A stretch of 27,190 nucleotides of DNA from Bdellovibrionales bacterium (GCA_031370005.1 JANMPT010000044.1:1-27190); one strand, 5' to 3'. Shown: positions 1 to 9,920, counted from the first letter of the stretch. Notes: a model not told the origin generated them from the letters alone. Translations and numbers: made by a program.

Positions 1-2
1 GT

Positions 3-2213
3 CCAAGCTCTGGCGGATTTTTAAGTGGAGTAATGACAGGGGCACAGTGGGATAATACAAATAGCCTTGTTCGTCTAAATACGACCACAAATAACGCTGA
101 GCTTGATGCCAGCTGGACTCCGCAATGGAGTAGCCTAGTTGAGTATCTTAAACTCAATCCATCTGGCACTTTACCTTCAGGATCCTTAGTGCCAGCTTCT
201 ATAGGAAGCGACCTAACCACTATCAACAACGGCGTTTCTTTTTCTCAAGGGCAGCTCAACAATTCAATTCACTTTGATAGCACCAATTATGCTTCTTTCA
301 ACTTTGGAAGTCGGACGGTTTTTTCAGTTGCCTTCTGGGTAAAATCAGCAGGATCCAGTGCAGGATGGGGATATGACCGTTGTATTAGCACGGCACTTGA
401 TAGTTTCGAGGTTGGATGTCAAAATGGATTCACATATCGTGTTTATACTTCCAGCTCTGGGTCATGGACAGACAGTGGTGTGCCTGTCAGTACTAGTTGG
501 ACACATATGGGAATAGTTTTTGACGGCACTAATTTATCCTATTACATCAATGGAAAGTTGGCGGTATCTACCGCAAAAACAGTTAGTATTAATGGCTCTA
601 TGTGGCTAGGTGCAACCCGAACTGGTACTGAATTGGCTAATATTTATATTGACGATTTTGCTACCTGGTCCACAGTGTTAACGTCTTCACAAGTCCAAAC
701 CATCTACCAGCGCCAGTCTGCAAAATACTCTGGCCAACTTACGTCACGAGTGCTTGATGCCTACTCACCTCAAGCATGGACTACACTCACATCCACAACC
801 ACGCTACCGTTCTACAAAGAACTCCCAGGCTCCGTAGGAAGTGAGAGCTCCACTGGCTACTCCTCGGTCGGTGGCAGCTTGATGTCCAGTATCGTAGGAC
901 TTTGGCATCTCAATGGTTCTGGATCTATATCAAATAACTCTGCCGTTTCGGCAGCCATTGGAGCTAATGGGGTTGCTCAAAACTCGAACGGAACTGGTAT
1001 GAGCTATTCAACCGGGGTCTTGTCCCAAGGAATTACCTTTGATGGGACCGATGACTATGTCTCATTGCAAGCTTCCTCTTTGATTGGCTCGCAAACAACG
1101 GGGTCAGTTTCAGTTTGGTTTTCATCTTCACTTACAAGCTTGTCGGGCGAGCAGGCAATTTATGATGAATCGAGCACTATCGGGACTTGCTTCAGGATCA
1201 GGCGAGTGAACAATGCCATAGGATTTGATAGCGCAAATCCATGGAGAAATCTGACAAGCGCCAATATTATTTGGGGTGCGGGCAATTGGCACCATGCTGT
1301 TGCCAATTGGACGAGTGGAAGTATGAAGCTTTATGTTGATGGAACCCTAGCAGCATCATCTACGAATCCAGGTGGCACGACCTGCGTGATCGCAAACAGT
1401 TGGCTCGGAAGATATGAACAAGCTGGCTACTATTTCAATGGATCAATTGACGAATTTGCTGTTTGGAATCGCGCGCTAACATCTACTGAAGTTCTCGAAC
1501 TCTACCGCCGTGGAGCCAATCGCCTGAGGTACCAACTTCGCTCATGCAGTGCGAGCGATTGCTCGGATCAAGAAGCACTCACCACTACATACAAAGGCTG
1601 GAAAGGTCCTGACAACACAGGACTCAGCTATTTCTCGGAGCTCTACAACACGACTAGCAACGTGCTTGCGGGAACAGTTTCAACCGGTGCGCCGACAATG
1701 ACCTTCAGCAATTTCTCTGGTAGCGGCTTGTCCGTGGCCGCAAATCGCTACTTCCAGTATCGCGCCATTTTAGAAAGCGATGACCAAAACACGCTTTGCA
1801 CTTACGGGGGATCTGCGGCTCCTTGCTCGCCAGAACTGCAATCAGTCGCTGTCGGGCCAAGTCACTATGACACAACAATTCAGTCGATCATTTCAAAATC
1901 ATCAATCGGTTCCGCATATCAGACGCTCGACACCAGCGGCATGACTGAAACCCTTGGCAGCAACACATGCTCAAGTGGCACAAAGTATTCTCTTAGCTCC
2001 GACGGCACCACATTTTATTACTGGAACGGCAGTACCTGGGCGACATCGAGCGACTATGGAACCGCGAACGATGCGGCCACAATGAGAACGAACATCTCAA
2101 GCTTCCCATCATCTACCGCAGGCACCGGGACTTTGCAGATCAAGGCCTACCTGAAATCCAGCGGCACGTCGGCGTGCGAAGTCGATAACCTGAAATTCAC
2201 CGGCAGTAAATAA
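3..2213 (+). CDS. Large Ser/Thr/Gly-rich protein with two LamG/concanavalin A-like domains; 5'-truncated by the window edge
   Basis: Two LamG-type segments (SVAFWVK...WTHMGIVFDG...YYING...IDDFATW and SVSVWF...WHHAVANW...LYVDG...GSIDEFAVWNRAL). The frame is open from base 3 (PSSGGFLSGV) upstream of the ATG at 33, so the true start is probably outside the window. Confidence 0.85.
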   Translation, partial: PSSGGFLSGVMTGAQWDNTNSLVRLNTTTNNAELDASWTPQWSSLVEYLKLNPSGTLPSGSLVPASIGSDLTTINNGVSFSQGQLNNSIHFDSTNYASFNFGSRTVFSVAFWVKSAGSSAGWGYDRCISTALDSFEVGCQNGFTYRVYTSSSGSWTDSGVPVSTSWTHMGIVFDGTNLSYYINGKLAVSTAKTVSINGSMWLGATRTGTELANIYIDDFATWSTVLTSSQVQTIYQRQSAKYSGQLTSRVLDAYSPQAWTTLTSTTTLPFYKELPGSVGSESSTGYSSVGGSLMSSIVGLWHLNGSGSISNNSAVSAAIGANGVAQNSNGTGMSYSTGVLSQGITFDGTDDYVSLQASSLIGSQTTGSVSVWFSSSLTSLSGEQAIYDESSTIGTCFRIRRVNNAIGFDSANPWRNLTSANIIWGAGNWHHAVANWTSGSMKLYVDGTLAASSTNPGGTTCVIANSWLGRYEQAGYYFNGSIDEFAVWNRALTSTEVLELYRRGANRLRYQLRSCSASDCSDQEALTTTYKGWKGPDNTGLSYFSELYNTTSNVLAGTVSTGAPTMTFSNFSGSGLSVAANRYFQYRAILESDDQNTLCTYGGSAAPCSPELQSVAVGPSHYDTTIQSIISKSSIGSAYQTLDTSGMTETLGSNTCSSGTKYSLSSDGTTFYYWNGSTWATSSDYGTANDAATMRTNISSFPSSTAGTGTLQIKAYLKSSGTSACEVDNLKFTGSK

Positions 2214-2622
2214 TTTAGCAATGCGGCGCAAATGCATAATTGTATCATGTTGTTAACATAAGTGCCGCCTATAATCTGCTTTTTTTCAGCAAACTTAAGT
2301 AGAGAGAAAGTGGTCTGAAAGAAAAAACAAAAAGCCGTTGTCGAAGCTTTGGCAAATTCGTTTTCTGACCATATTCAAAAATCTCCAGGGCTTTTATGAA
2401 TACTGGTACCATTAAAATTCATAAGACAACTTGCTAGCTTAGATCATGGAACCAATCGATTGCTTCAGTTCTAAGTTCTGCTGCCTCTCTCTGTCATTCT
2501 TTGTTAGAGCGAAATGCCATGGTACTTAACTTTTAACTCTTCACCTGGCAAAAAATCGAAGCGCCTAATAATACGACTTCACGAATCCATCTTGCTGAAG
2601 ATGATTTCCGGAGATGACTCTG

Positions 2623-2651
2623 CGCAGTACTAAAAAGAAGGCCGTACCTTA
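2623..2651. repeat. 29-bp dispersed repeat, copy 1 (cgcagtactaaaaagaaggccgtacctta)
   Basis: Identical to 25484-25512. It includes the TAA stop of the 2649..3488 gene. Confidence 0.9.
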
Positions 2652-3488
2652 GAAGATTTCACCACAGACTGTGTTTGGATCGCTATCGACTAGTTGCTGA
2701 ACGCTTGAGAGCAAAGACTCACAGGCAGGGACGACTTCAGCTTCTTTGCGATTGATTGGTCCAAAGTGGGTGCGCTGGATTCGCAGTAATGTCATGGCGT
2801 ATTCAGCAGCAAAGGCAGGACATGCTTTGTTAAAAGCCTGATAGGTAGCCCCAGCTCCAGAGCCTAAAATACTTCGTGAGCGACAACTGACGCCTTCTTT
2901 AAAAACATCTAGCAAACAACGACGACTCGGAGATGCTTGGTATTCTTGGTAAAGTTTGCGCAGCTCCGAAGAAGCTCCCATCGAATCATAACTCACCTGA
3001 AAAGCTCCGGCCTCTGCAGCTGCCGAAGGTCGATTGGAACCAGCGGAGGCATCCCAGCCCTCGCAGTAGCTCCCCGAACTTTCTCTCATCCCAAGCCCCA
3101 TCCCCAGGGCATAGATCGCACGCACTGGCTCCTCACCTGCTATGCCGATGTTGAGCTTTAAGGCGGCAAATACGCTTTGGTAATATGCCAAAGCATCATT
3201 TCTAGTAATTTGCGTGCTTGCTGAAGATAAAATATTTTTCGCAGCTGGTGGTGCTCCCGAAGCCTTGATTCGACAAATGCTTCGCGCAAAACTCAATGCT
3301 ACGCCCTTGGTATAGCCAGCAGGCGCCCGTCCCCGGCTCTTCCAGGAGTAACGTGCGCAGGAAGAGCGAGCCGCAAGATCTTGGACCTGTTGGGAAAATG
3401 TCGCCGATTGCCCAAACGCTGAGGTAGTTGATAAAAGGAGGAAGGATATTGCAATACTATTAATTTGTTTTATAATTTGTTTTAGCAT
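2649..3488 (-). CDS. Secreted hypothetical protein with a probable lysozyme/transglycosylase-like fold
   Basis: N-terminal signal peptide ending near SAFG. GLGMRESSG followed by AEAGAFQVS resembles the catalytic ES and GxxQ motifs of lysozyme-like enzymes. Several Cys residues. Confidence 0.55.
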   Translation of the reverse strand: MLKQIIKQINSIAISFLLLSTTSAFGQSATFSQQVQDLAARSSCARYSWKSRGRAPAGYTKGVALSFARSICRIKASGAPPAAKNILSSASTQITRNDALAYYQSVFAALKLNIGIAGEEPVRAIYALGMGLGMRESSGSYCEGWDASAGSNRPSAAAEAGAFQVSYDSMGASSELRKLYQEYQASPSRRCLLDVFKEGVSCRSRSILGSGAGATYQAFNKACPAFAAEYAMTLLRIQRTHFGPINRKEAEVVPACESLLSSVQQLVDSDPNTVCGEIF

Positions 3489-3615
3489 GCTGAATTTTTC
3501 GGCATTTTTTGAGAAAATCCCGAGGGGACATAAATCCAGATCTTTGCTAAATTTTAGTAACTACAAATTTGTTCACTAACACAGTTGTAATTTTTTTCGT
3601 GCAGTTATTGAGAAT

Positions 3616-4587
3616 TCATAAAAATGGATCAGTCTTCTCCTTCTGCTTAGTCTCAATTCTTGCAACATACCAAGAACTAAGTCCTGCGGTTGTGAGAACA
3701 GCAAAAATCACAAGTAAAGAAATCCAACTTGGGATTTTGACAAAATCGACCAAAAGCATCTTTACACCTATAAATCCCAAAATGGCAGCAAGGCCTGGCT
3801 TCAAGTAACGGAGCTTCGTAACCCAATCCGCAAGAACAAAGTAGAGCGCCCTAAGACCCAAAATTGCCAAGATGTTAGAAGCAAACGCGACGAATGCGTC
3901 CTTGGTAACTGCGAATACTGCAGGAATCGAGTCTACTGCAAAAACGAGATCCGTCACTTCAATCACAATAAGAGCTAGGAAAATATGTGTAGCTTTTAGT
4001 ACTCCGCCCTCCACAACGAAGAAATCACTTCCGTTAAACTTATCGGTTGTGGGAAGAAACCGCTTCAACAGACGAATCGACCAGTTTTCTTTGGCATCAA
4101 TTTTTACATCAGTTTCACGTAAGAATTTAATTGCCGTTAAAACTAAAATGAGTCCGAAAATATATAGAACCCAATGAAATGAATTTAGTAAGTGGGCGCC
4201 AAATAGAATGAATACGGCCCGCAGCATGATTGCACCCAGCACTCCATAAAAAAGTACGCGATGTTGGTACGCATCTGGGATTCGAAAAGAACTGAAAACA
4301 AGTAAAATTACAAAAAGATTGTCTACACTGAGGCTCTTCTCAACTAGGTAGCCTGTCAAAAACTCAAGTCCAAGTTCTGTGCCAAAAGACATGGAAAACC
4401 AGGCATTGAAGCAAAGGGCAGTAGCAATCCAAATTCCACTCTCAATCAATGCCGTCTTAGTTTGAACTTTTTGATTTCCACGCCCAAATAAGCTTAGGTC
4501 AATTACTAACAACACAAGTACACCAATAGTAAATGCAATCCAAAGCCAAGGCGGCGCAATAGATATGTCGGTGAGAAAATTAATCAT
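3616..4587 (-). CDS. terC: TerC/Alx family metal-homeostasis membrane protein
   Basis: Family motifs FLTGYLVEKSLSVDNLFV, QHRVLFYG and DLVFAVDSIPA; multiple TM segments; RBS gaaggga upstream. Confidence 0.93.
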   Translation of the reverse strand: MINFLTDISIAPPWLWIAFTIGVLVLLVIDLSLFGRGNQKVQTKTALIESGIWIATALCFNAWFSMSFGTELGLEFLTGYLVEKSLSVDNLFVILLVFSSFRIPDAYQHRVLFYGVLGAIMLRAVFILFGAHLLNSFHWVLYIFGLILVLTAIKFLRETDVKIDAKENWSIRLLKRFLPTTDKFNGSDFFVVEGGVLKATHIFLALIVIEVTDLVFAVDSIPAVFAVTKDAFVAFASNILAILGLRALYFVLADWVTKLRYLKPGLAAILGFIGVKMLLVDFVKIPSWISLLVIFAVLTTAGLSSWYVARIETKQKEKTDPFL

Positions 4588-4683
4588 TTTGTCCCTTCAT
4601 GAAGGCTTCATTTTATTGCAGCGGCACGAAAAAAATAATTCTCTCAAATATACTCTTCATGCGTTTTATTTACATGTCTCAAA

Positions 4684-4995
4684 CTAAAATACCTTCCGGA
4701 GCATGCCTAAAAATCCTTTTGGCTCCTGGCTCTCAAGAAGAACTTGAAGTTCACCATTATCAAAGTAAATGCCCTGGCACTGGACGCATTTGTCCACCTT
4801 GATTTTCATTAGTTCAATCTCTTCCATATCGTCTCCACATTTTGGACACTTCATCCAGTTCGGGTTATTGGATTGAGCGGTCATTTCATTTTTCTTCCTA
4901 GCATCCAACTCGCCGCGTTTTCGCTCAAGCAATTCCTTGTTAACTCTATAGAAGTACGCCTCTTCTTGGTTGTACTCGTCGTGATCCTGATTCAT
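4684..4995 (-). CDS. Small zinc-ribbon (zf-TFIIB-like) protein
   Basis: EEAYF N-terminal coil followed by CPKC-x13-VDKCVQCQGIYFDNGEL; strong RBS gaggagg. Confidence 0.85.
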   Translation of the reverse strand: MNQDHDEYNQEEAYFYRVNKELLERKRGELDARKKNEMTAQSNNPNWMKCPKCGDDMEEIELMKIKVDKCVQCQGIYFDNGELQVLLESQEPKGFLGMLRKVF

Positions 4996-5041
4996 GTCAT
5001 GCCTCCTCAGCTCGTTTTTGTTTTGCTTCGCCTATGCAGAT

Positions 5042-5106
5042 AACATAGCTGATTTTATAACTTCTTAAAATTAGATAATTAAGACGATATAGTTTGTTTT
5101 AACAAA
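5042..5106 (-). promoter_or_regulatory. Putative LysR-activated promoter of the zinc-ribbon gene
   Basis: The reverse complement of 5061-5099 matches 6036-6074 at 29/39 positions. A -10-like TATGTT (5042-5047) lies 13 nt downstream, the same spacing as at htpX. Confidence 0.6.
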
Positions 5107-5108
5107 TA

Positions 5109-5996
5109 TTAATAGAGCGTGAAGGATTTAATCAATTTTGCGGCTATCGGGTTCTCGAGTTTTCTCAACGCAGACACAAGCCATATCTCCTCATAAACAG
5201 CTTTCAGTGTTCCAATGCGTTGAAGAAGGCCCGTTTTAATCAAATTCTCATTGGATACTTCTGACAGCGGCGCAAGCCCAATACCCTGTTTCGCAAACAG
5301 TATTTGTAGGCTCGTATCTTGAGTTTCTGCTGTGGGAATTACGCGAATATTATGCAGTTTAAAGTAGTGGTTAAGATCATGCCTCAGTTTACTGTGAACT
5401 GTAGGGAGCACAAACGCCTGGTCATTGAGTGATTGTGGAAATGATCGTTTAAGTTTACTGAACGCCGGTGCTCCAAAAATTGCTACAGGCAGCTTTGCTA
5501 CCGATTTTGAAGACACCTGCCTTTGTTCAAAAACTGGCGGCGGATAATTCGATAGAATCAGGTCAATTTTATGGCTGTAAAGCTCTCGAAATAACTCGTC
5601 GCCTTTTCCCTCAAGAATAGACACCGTGCACGTGGGTGATATTTTATATGCCTCCATCGCTAAAGACAGAATTACACTTTTCGGAACACTATCAAGTGCG
5701 CCAACTTGAAGATGGGTTTGATCGCCAATAGTTCTGTCCTGAAGTACCTCGATCATCTCATCCCCGAGGCGGAAAATTTCATTGGCATAATCAAGGGCGT
5801 CTCTTCCGGCTTCTGTGAGAATCATTTTTCGATTGCGCCGCTCAAAGAGAGGCTTTCCGATCATTTCTTCTAACTGCTTCAATTGAGTGCTGAGGGTTGG
5901 CTGCCCCAGTCGTAGTTTTTCTGCAGCGTTTGCAATCCCACCCTCTTTGGCGATCGCTCGAAAATAGAACAGGTGATGATAATTCAACCACAGCAT
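5109..5996 (-). CDS. LysR-family transcriptional regulator, NhaR-like
   Basis: WLNYHHLFYF...EGGIANAAEKLRLGQPTLSTQLKQLE HTH. The LNYHHLxYF start and GALDSVPKS are typical of the NhaR-like subgroup. Confidence 0.9.
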   Translation of the reverse strand: MLWLNYHHLFYFRAIAKEGGIANAAEKLRLGQPTLSTQLKQLEEMIGKPLFERRNRKMILTEAGRDALDYANEIFRLGDEMIEVLQDRTIGDQTHLQVGALDSVPKSVILSLAMEAYKISPTCTVSILEGKGDELFRELYSHKIDLILSNYPPPVFEQRQVSSKSVAKLPVAIFGAPAFSKLKRSFPQSLNDQAFVLPTVHSKLRHDLNHYFKLHNIRVIPTAETQDTSLQILFAKQGIGLAPLSEVSNENLIKTGLLQRIGTLKAVYEEIWLVSALRKLENPIAAKLIKSFTLY

Positions 5997-6023
5997 TGTG
6001 CTACCTCTGTATTGGAAACATCT

Positions 6024-6093
6024 ATAGTTTGTTTTAAAAAAACTATTACATCGTATTTATCGTCTTTTAATAAGCATTCGTCAAGCTTATACT
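6024..6093 (+). promoter_or_regulatory. LysR dyad and -10 element of the divergent lysR/htpX promoter
   Basis: Dyad atagttt-N9-aaactat (6024-6046) contains T-N11-A. TATACT at 6088-6093. Confidence 0.65.
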
Positions 6094-6206
6094 GGTAGCC
6101 GATGTGAATGAGCATCTTCACGAAACGCTGAATCGAATGTGGGACCGCAGAAGAGATAGCACAGGAATCAGCGGGTTCATTTAGCAAAACCCCTAGTGGA
6201 GGATTT

Positions 6207-7112
6207 ATGACTTGGTTCAAAAGAATTGGTTTATTTGTAGCCGTGAACGTCCTGGTGATGGTCACCATTTCTCTGATCTTGAATATTTTAGGAGTGAAGC
6301 ACTACCTAACCCCCTATGGCCTTGATTACCAATCTTTGATGATCTTCTGTTTGGTTTGGGGCATGGGCGGCGCACTCATTTCACTTGCACTTTCCCGCGT
6401 CATGGCAAAGTGGATGATGGGGGTTCAAATTATTTCTCCTGACACAAGAGATCCTAATCAGCGTGAACTTCTACAAATGGTTCATATCCTTGCAAAAGCA
6501 GCACATTTGCCGGCCATGCCTCAAGTCGGAATTTACGAATCACAAGAAGTAAATGCCTTTGCTACAGGGCCAACAAAATCACGCTCTCTAGTTGCCGTTT
6601 CCAGTGGGCTACTTCAGCGCATGAAGCATTCAGAGATTAATGGGGTGTTGTCACATGAAGTGGCGCATATCGCAAATGGCGATATGGTGACAATGACTTT
6701 AATCCAAGGAGTAGTGAATGCCTTTGTGATGTTCCTGGCTCGTGTTATTGCTTTTGCTCTCACAATGGCTGGGCGAAAGGATGATCAGGAAACACACGGA
6801 ACTCCGTTCGCATACTATGCCGTCCAAATGGTTTTAGAAATTTTCTTTATGATTCTTGGGTCAATGGTAGTAGCTAAGTTCTCTCGATACCGTGAATTTA
6901 GAGCTGACGCAGGCGGTGCTCGGCTGGCCGGGCGAGAACAAATGATTCAAGCGCTGGAGGCTCTGAAGAAAACTTTTGAAAGTGTCGATGCCAAGGCGCA
7001 ACCCGCTATTGCGGCGCTTAAAATTTCAAGCAGACCGGGCGGAATTATGAAGTTGTTTTCAACTCATCCGCCACTTGAAGTACGAATTGAGCGGCTACGC
7101 CGAGGCGCCTAA
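6207..7112 (+). CDS. htpX: Membrane zinc metalloprotease HtpX (M48)
   Basis: NAFATG, HEVAH zinc motif, NGDMVTMTL, REFRADAG and STHPPL; RBS ggagga. Confidence 0.95.
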   Translation: MTWFKRIGLFVAVNVLVMVTISLILNILGVKHYLTPYGLDYQSLMIFCLVWGMGGALISLALSRVMAKWMMGVQIISPDTRDPNQRELLQMVHILAKAAHLPAMPQVGIYESQEVNAFATGPTKSRSLVAVSSGLLQRMKHSEINGVLSHEVAHIANGDMVTMTLIQGVVNAFVMFLARVIAFALTMAGRKDDQETHGTPFAYYAVQMVLEIFFMILGSMVVAKFSRYREFRADAGGARLAGREQMIQALEALKKTFESVDAKAQPAIAALKISSRPGGIMKLFSTHPPLEVRIERLRRGA

Positions 7113-7181
7113 CAATAAGGAGGTCGATTTTTTTGGTTACATTATTGCTACATATTAGTATTTAAGATCTGACTCAGACTC

Positions 7182-7721
7182 TCATTTTTCATTTTCGCCT
7201 TTATTTTTATGTTGGATTTTTTTTAGAGTAGCTTCGCCAAATTGAGTCCAGTCACGAATTGTGCCCAACTCATCTTCGCTCACCCTCGATTTCCAGTGAA
7301 CCATCCAATATCTCGCTGGAGGCATTTCTCCTTTCTCAATTTCAGTGCGAATCGTCTCCAAATCGTCCATTGAGGTTCCGTGTCCATTAAAGGGAAAGTC
7401 CTTAGTCATGTCCATATGCTCTTTTGCTTCAGCGATATCATTCTGAATCAAATCTTTAACGAAAGGTATTTCGCTATACCAAGGAAGCCGCTGATTTGTT
7501 GTCGCATGACAAGCAAAACACTTAGCTTCAAATATTGGTTTCACCGTTTTAAGATAACGTTCATTGATTATCTGAAAAGCGATCTTCTCATCTTCACTGA
7601 TTTCTTCTGACTTTTGACTTGAGCCATGATGACCCTCTCCGCAGTGCGCACAAATGCGTCCAGTAAATAAAAAAATAGAAACAAGAGTTGTCACAAAAAT
7701 CTTTTTAGAATTGGCACTCAA
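7182..7721 (-). CDS. Exported haem-binding (c-type) domain protein
   Basis: Signal peptide, His-rich HCGEGHHG, CFACH, LPWY and distal MPP. Its start overlaps the oxidase stop by 17 nt. Confidence 0.8.
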   Translation of the reverse strand: MSANSKKIFVTTLVSIFLFTGRICAHCGEGHHGSSQKSEEISEDEKIAFQIINERYLKTVKPIFEAKCFACHATTNQRLPWYSEIPFVKDLIQNDIAEAKEHMDMTKDFPFNGHGTSMDDLETIRTEIEKGEMPPARYWMVHWKSRVSEDELGTIRDWTQFGEATLKKIQHKNKGENEK

Positions 7722-9828
7722 TACCGCCCCCCACGCTGTCGTTTGTAAGCATTAGCCCTGCTGCCCAAGACCATCTTGGCGAATACATCAATGAGGCTTC
7801 AAGATTCACTTCGTGTGCGCCATTCTGATTGCCAGGACGCCAAGTCAACTCAATCTCAGTAAATACCGTTTTTGTCCATTGAAATTTACGTTGCACATCA
7901 ATGCGGATTTGCCCCTCATGGTTGATCAATAAATTAGTCTCAATCATCATTGGAAGAAAGTGCCCAATCCCGACGACTCCTCTGAACTTCTCGCCGTAGT
8001 TAGTTCCTCCGATAATGACATTTGACCAGTTACTCAACCACCGACGATAAAACAGGTCGCCCTCATAGTCCCATTCATCTTTGAAGTTGTAGGAAAAGTT
8101 TTTGCCTTCGATATTCGCCGTTTCAAAACGAAGATCAACTTCGTTCCAGCTCTGCTGGAGACGGAGGTTTCCTTGCATGTGGTTCGATGATACCTCTACC
8201 TTGCTTCTTGGGAACCAAGGATCTTCCATATGATGGTCAAGGGCCTCATACTCCTTCATTTCCTCGATAGGAGTGAAGTTTGAATACTTCACGACACGTG
8301 CCATGCCTGTGTCCAAGTGATAGAGGTTATGACAGTGAAGCATCCACTGTCCAACTTCATCTGTGTAGAACTCAATTGTTCGAGACGTCATGGACGGCAC
8401 ATCTACCGTGTGTTTCATCGGAGAATATTCGCCGTTTTCATTGATCACCCGAAAAAAATGACCATGCAAATGCATTGGATGGCGCATCATACTGTCGTTT
8501 TGATAAGTAAAACGGACGATTTCGCCAGGATTTACACTTATGATGCGATCTTCAGAAATAGTTTTTCCGTTGATATACCAGACATATCTTCGCATATCAC
8601 CGTTTAAGACGAGCTTGAAATCATGGACCTTCGCATTCTTCGGAAGCGTTGTGGGTTTAAGTGCTTTGAGATTGTCCACGGTCAATGTTTGAATCGCAGG
8701 CGAAATGTCAACCATCTCTTTTGGCTTGGCGCTGTCCATTCCTTGCATGCTGGAAGAACTCATTCCACTCATATTGTGCTCCATAGTGTGCTCCAGAGTG
8801 GCATAAAGATCGGGCTGCGGAACATCCTTTGTGAAGACCTTTTTATTCATACCAATAAAGGCTGAGGCAAAACCAGCTCCGTCTTGAGACGTCGCTCTGA
8901 GCTCATAGTTCTTGTTTTCGGGTACTGTGAAAAGGATATCGTAGGTTTCAGCCATTCCCATAAAAATCTCGTTTGCCAAAATGGGCTGAATGTCTATCCC
9001 GTCGGCAGAAATCACCTTCATCGGAAGTCCACCCAAAGAAACTTTGAAATAAGTCGATGCCGCCGCATTGATAATACGAACACGCACGATTTCACCTGGG
9101 TGGGCCATCAAAAGCTGTGATTCATTTTTGCCGTTAATAAGAAAAGCGTCGTAACCTATGTCAGAAAGATCCATTCCGCTCATGCGGGTCCACTCATTCT
9201 TAAACTGATTCATGAGTTTTCCATTTTTAGCAGCATCAAAATAGGAACGTATGGTACCTTTTTTATAGAGATAGAAGTCGCCGTCCTTTTTCAGATTGCG
9301 AAGTATCTGATCGGCGTTCTCGTCAGTCCAATCACTCAAGACCACAACAATATCCTTATCGGCCTTGATTGTTTTTTTCTTGGGATGAATGACGATGGCA
9401 CCAAATACCCCTTTTTGCTCTTGGAGCATGGTGTGAGAGTGGTACCAATAGGTTCCATTTTGTCTGATTGGGAACTTAAACGTACGCGATTGACCTTTGT
9501 AGATGGGCGGAGTATTTACAAATGGAACACCGTCTTCAAGTGGCGGCAGAAGAATGCCGTGCCAGTGAATCGAGGCATCCTCGCCGCTTGGGATCATATT
9601 CGTCACCGTGATCTCGGCGTCATCGCCCTCGGTAAATTCCAACGTAGGTGCCGGAATACCACCGTTCACAGTGAGTGCAAAATCAACGGTTTTTTTACCA
9701 CTCAAATTCACCGCTTTTTGCTCTATAACGAGCTTGTATTTCACCGTCTTTGCAAAGCTCTGAATTGAAAAACAAAGCAAAGTTAGCGGCATTAGAATTA
9801 AAATTCTATTCATAGTTATTCTATTCAT
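7705..9828 (-). CDS. CopA-like multicopper oxidase with a C-terminal beta-rich extension
   Basis: All four copper motifs are present: HWHG, YWYHSH, HPMHLHGH and HCHNLYHLDTGM. Met-rich insert. The start was moved from the track's TTG at 9924 to the ATG at 9828, which follows RBS aaagga and precedes a signal peptide. Confidence 0.92.
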   Translation of the reverse strand: MNRITMNRILILMPLTLLCFSIQSFAKTVKYKLVIEQKAVNLSGKKTVDFALTVNGGIPAPTLEFTEGDDAEITVTNMIPSGEDASIHWHGILLPPLEDGVPFVNTPPIYKGQSRTFKFPIRQNGTYWYHSHTMLQEQKGVFGAIVIHPKKKTIKADKDIVVVLSDWTDENADQILRNLKKDGDFYLYKKGTIRSYFDAAKNGKLMNQFKNEWTRMSGMDLSDIGYDAFLINGKNESQLLMAHPGEIVRVRIINAAASTYFKVSLGGLPMKVISADGIDIQPILANEIFMGMAETYDILFTVPENKNYELRATSQDGAGFASAFIGMNKKVFTKDVPQPDLYATLEHTMEHNMSGMSSSSMQGMDSAKPKEMVDISPAIQTLTVDNLKALKPTTLPKNAKVHDFKLVLNGDMRRYVWYINGKTISEDRIISVNPGEIVRFTYQNDSMMRHPMHLHGHFFRVINENGEYSPMKHTVDVPSMTSRTIEFYTDEVGQWMLHCHNLYHLDTGMARVVKYSNFTPIEEMKEYEALDHHMEDPWFPRSKVEVSSNHMQGNLRLQQSWNEVDLRFETANIEGKNFSYNFKDEWDYEGDLFYRRWLSNWSNVIIGGTNYGEKFRGVVGIGHFLPMMIETNLLINHEGQIRIDVQRKFQWTKTVFTEIELTWRPGNQNGAHEVNLEASLMYSPRWSWAAGLMLTNDSVGGGIECQF

Positions 9829-9832
9829 AGTT
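9803..9832. repeat. 15-bp tandem duplication at the oxidase start
   Basis: attctattcatagtt occurs twice, giving MNRIT-MNRIL and two in-frame ATGs (9828 and 9813). Confidence 0.9.
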
Positions 9833-9920
9833 ATCCTTTTCAAAAGAGACACCAGCTTGAAAACGGGCTCCACATCAATAACCAAGGCAGTAAGTTTCAG
9901 TGTTCGATTTGGGCGCTGTT

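Noticed and set aside
5984..6268. 94-aa ORF on the minus strand upstream of lysR
   Set aside because: It overlaps the htpX start antisense and spans the divergent promoter, with no recognisable features.
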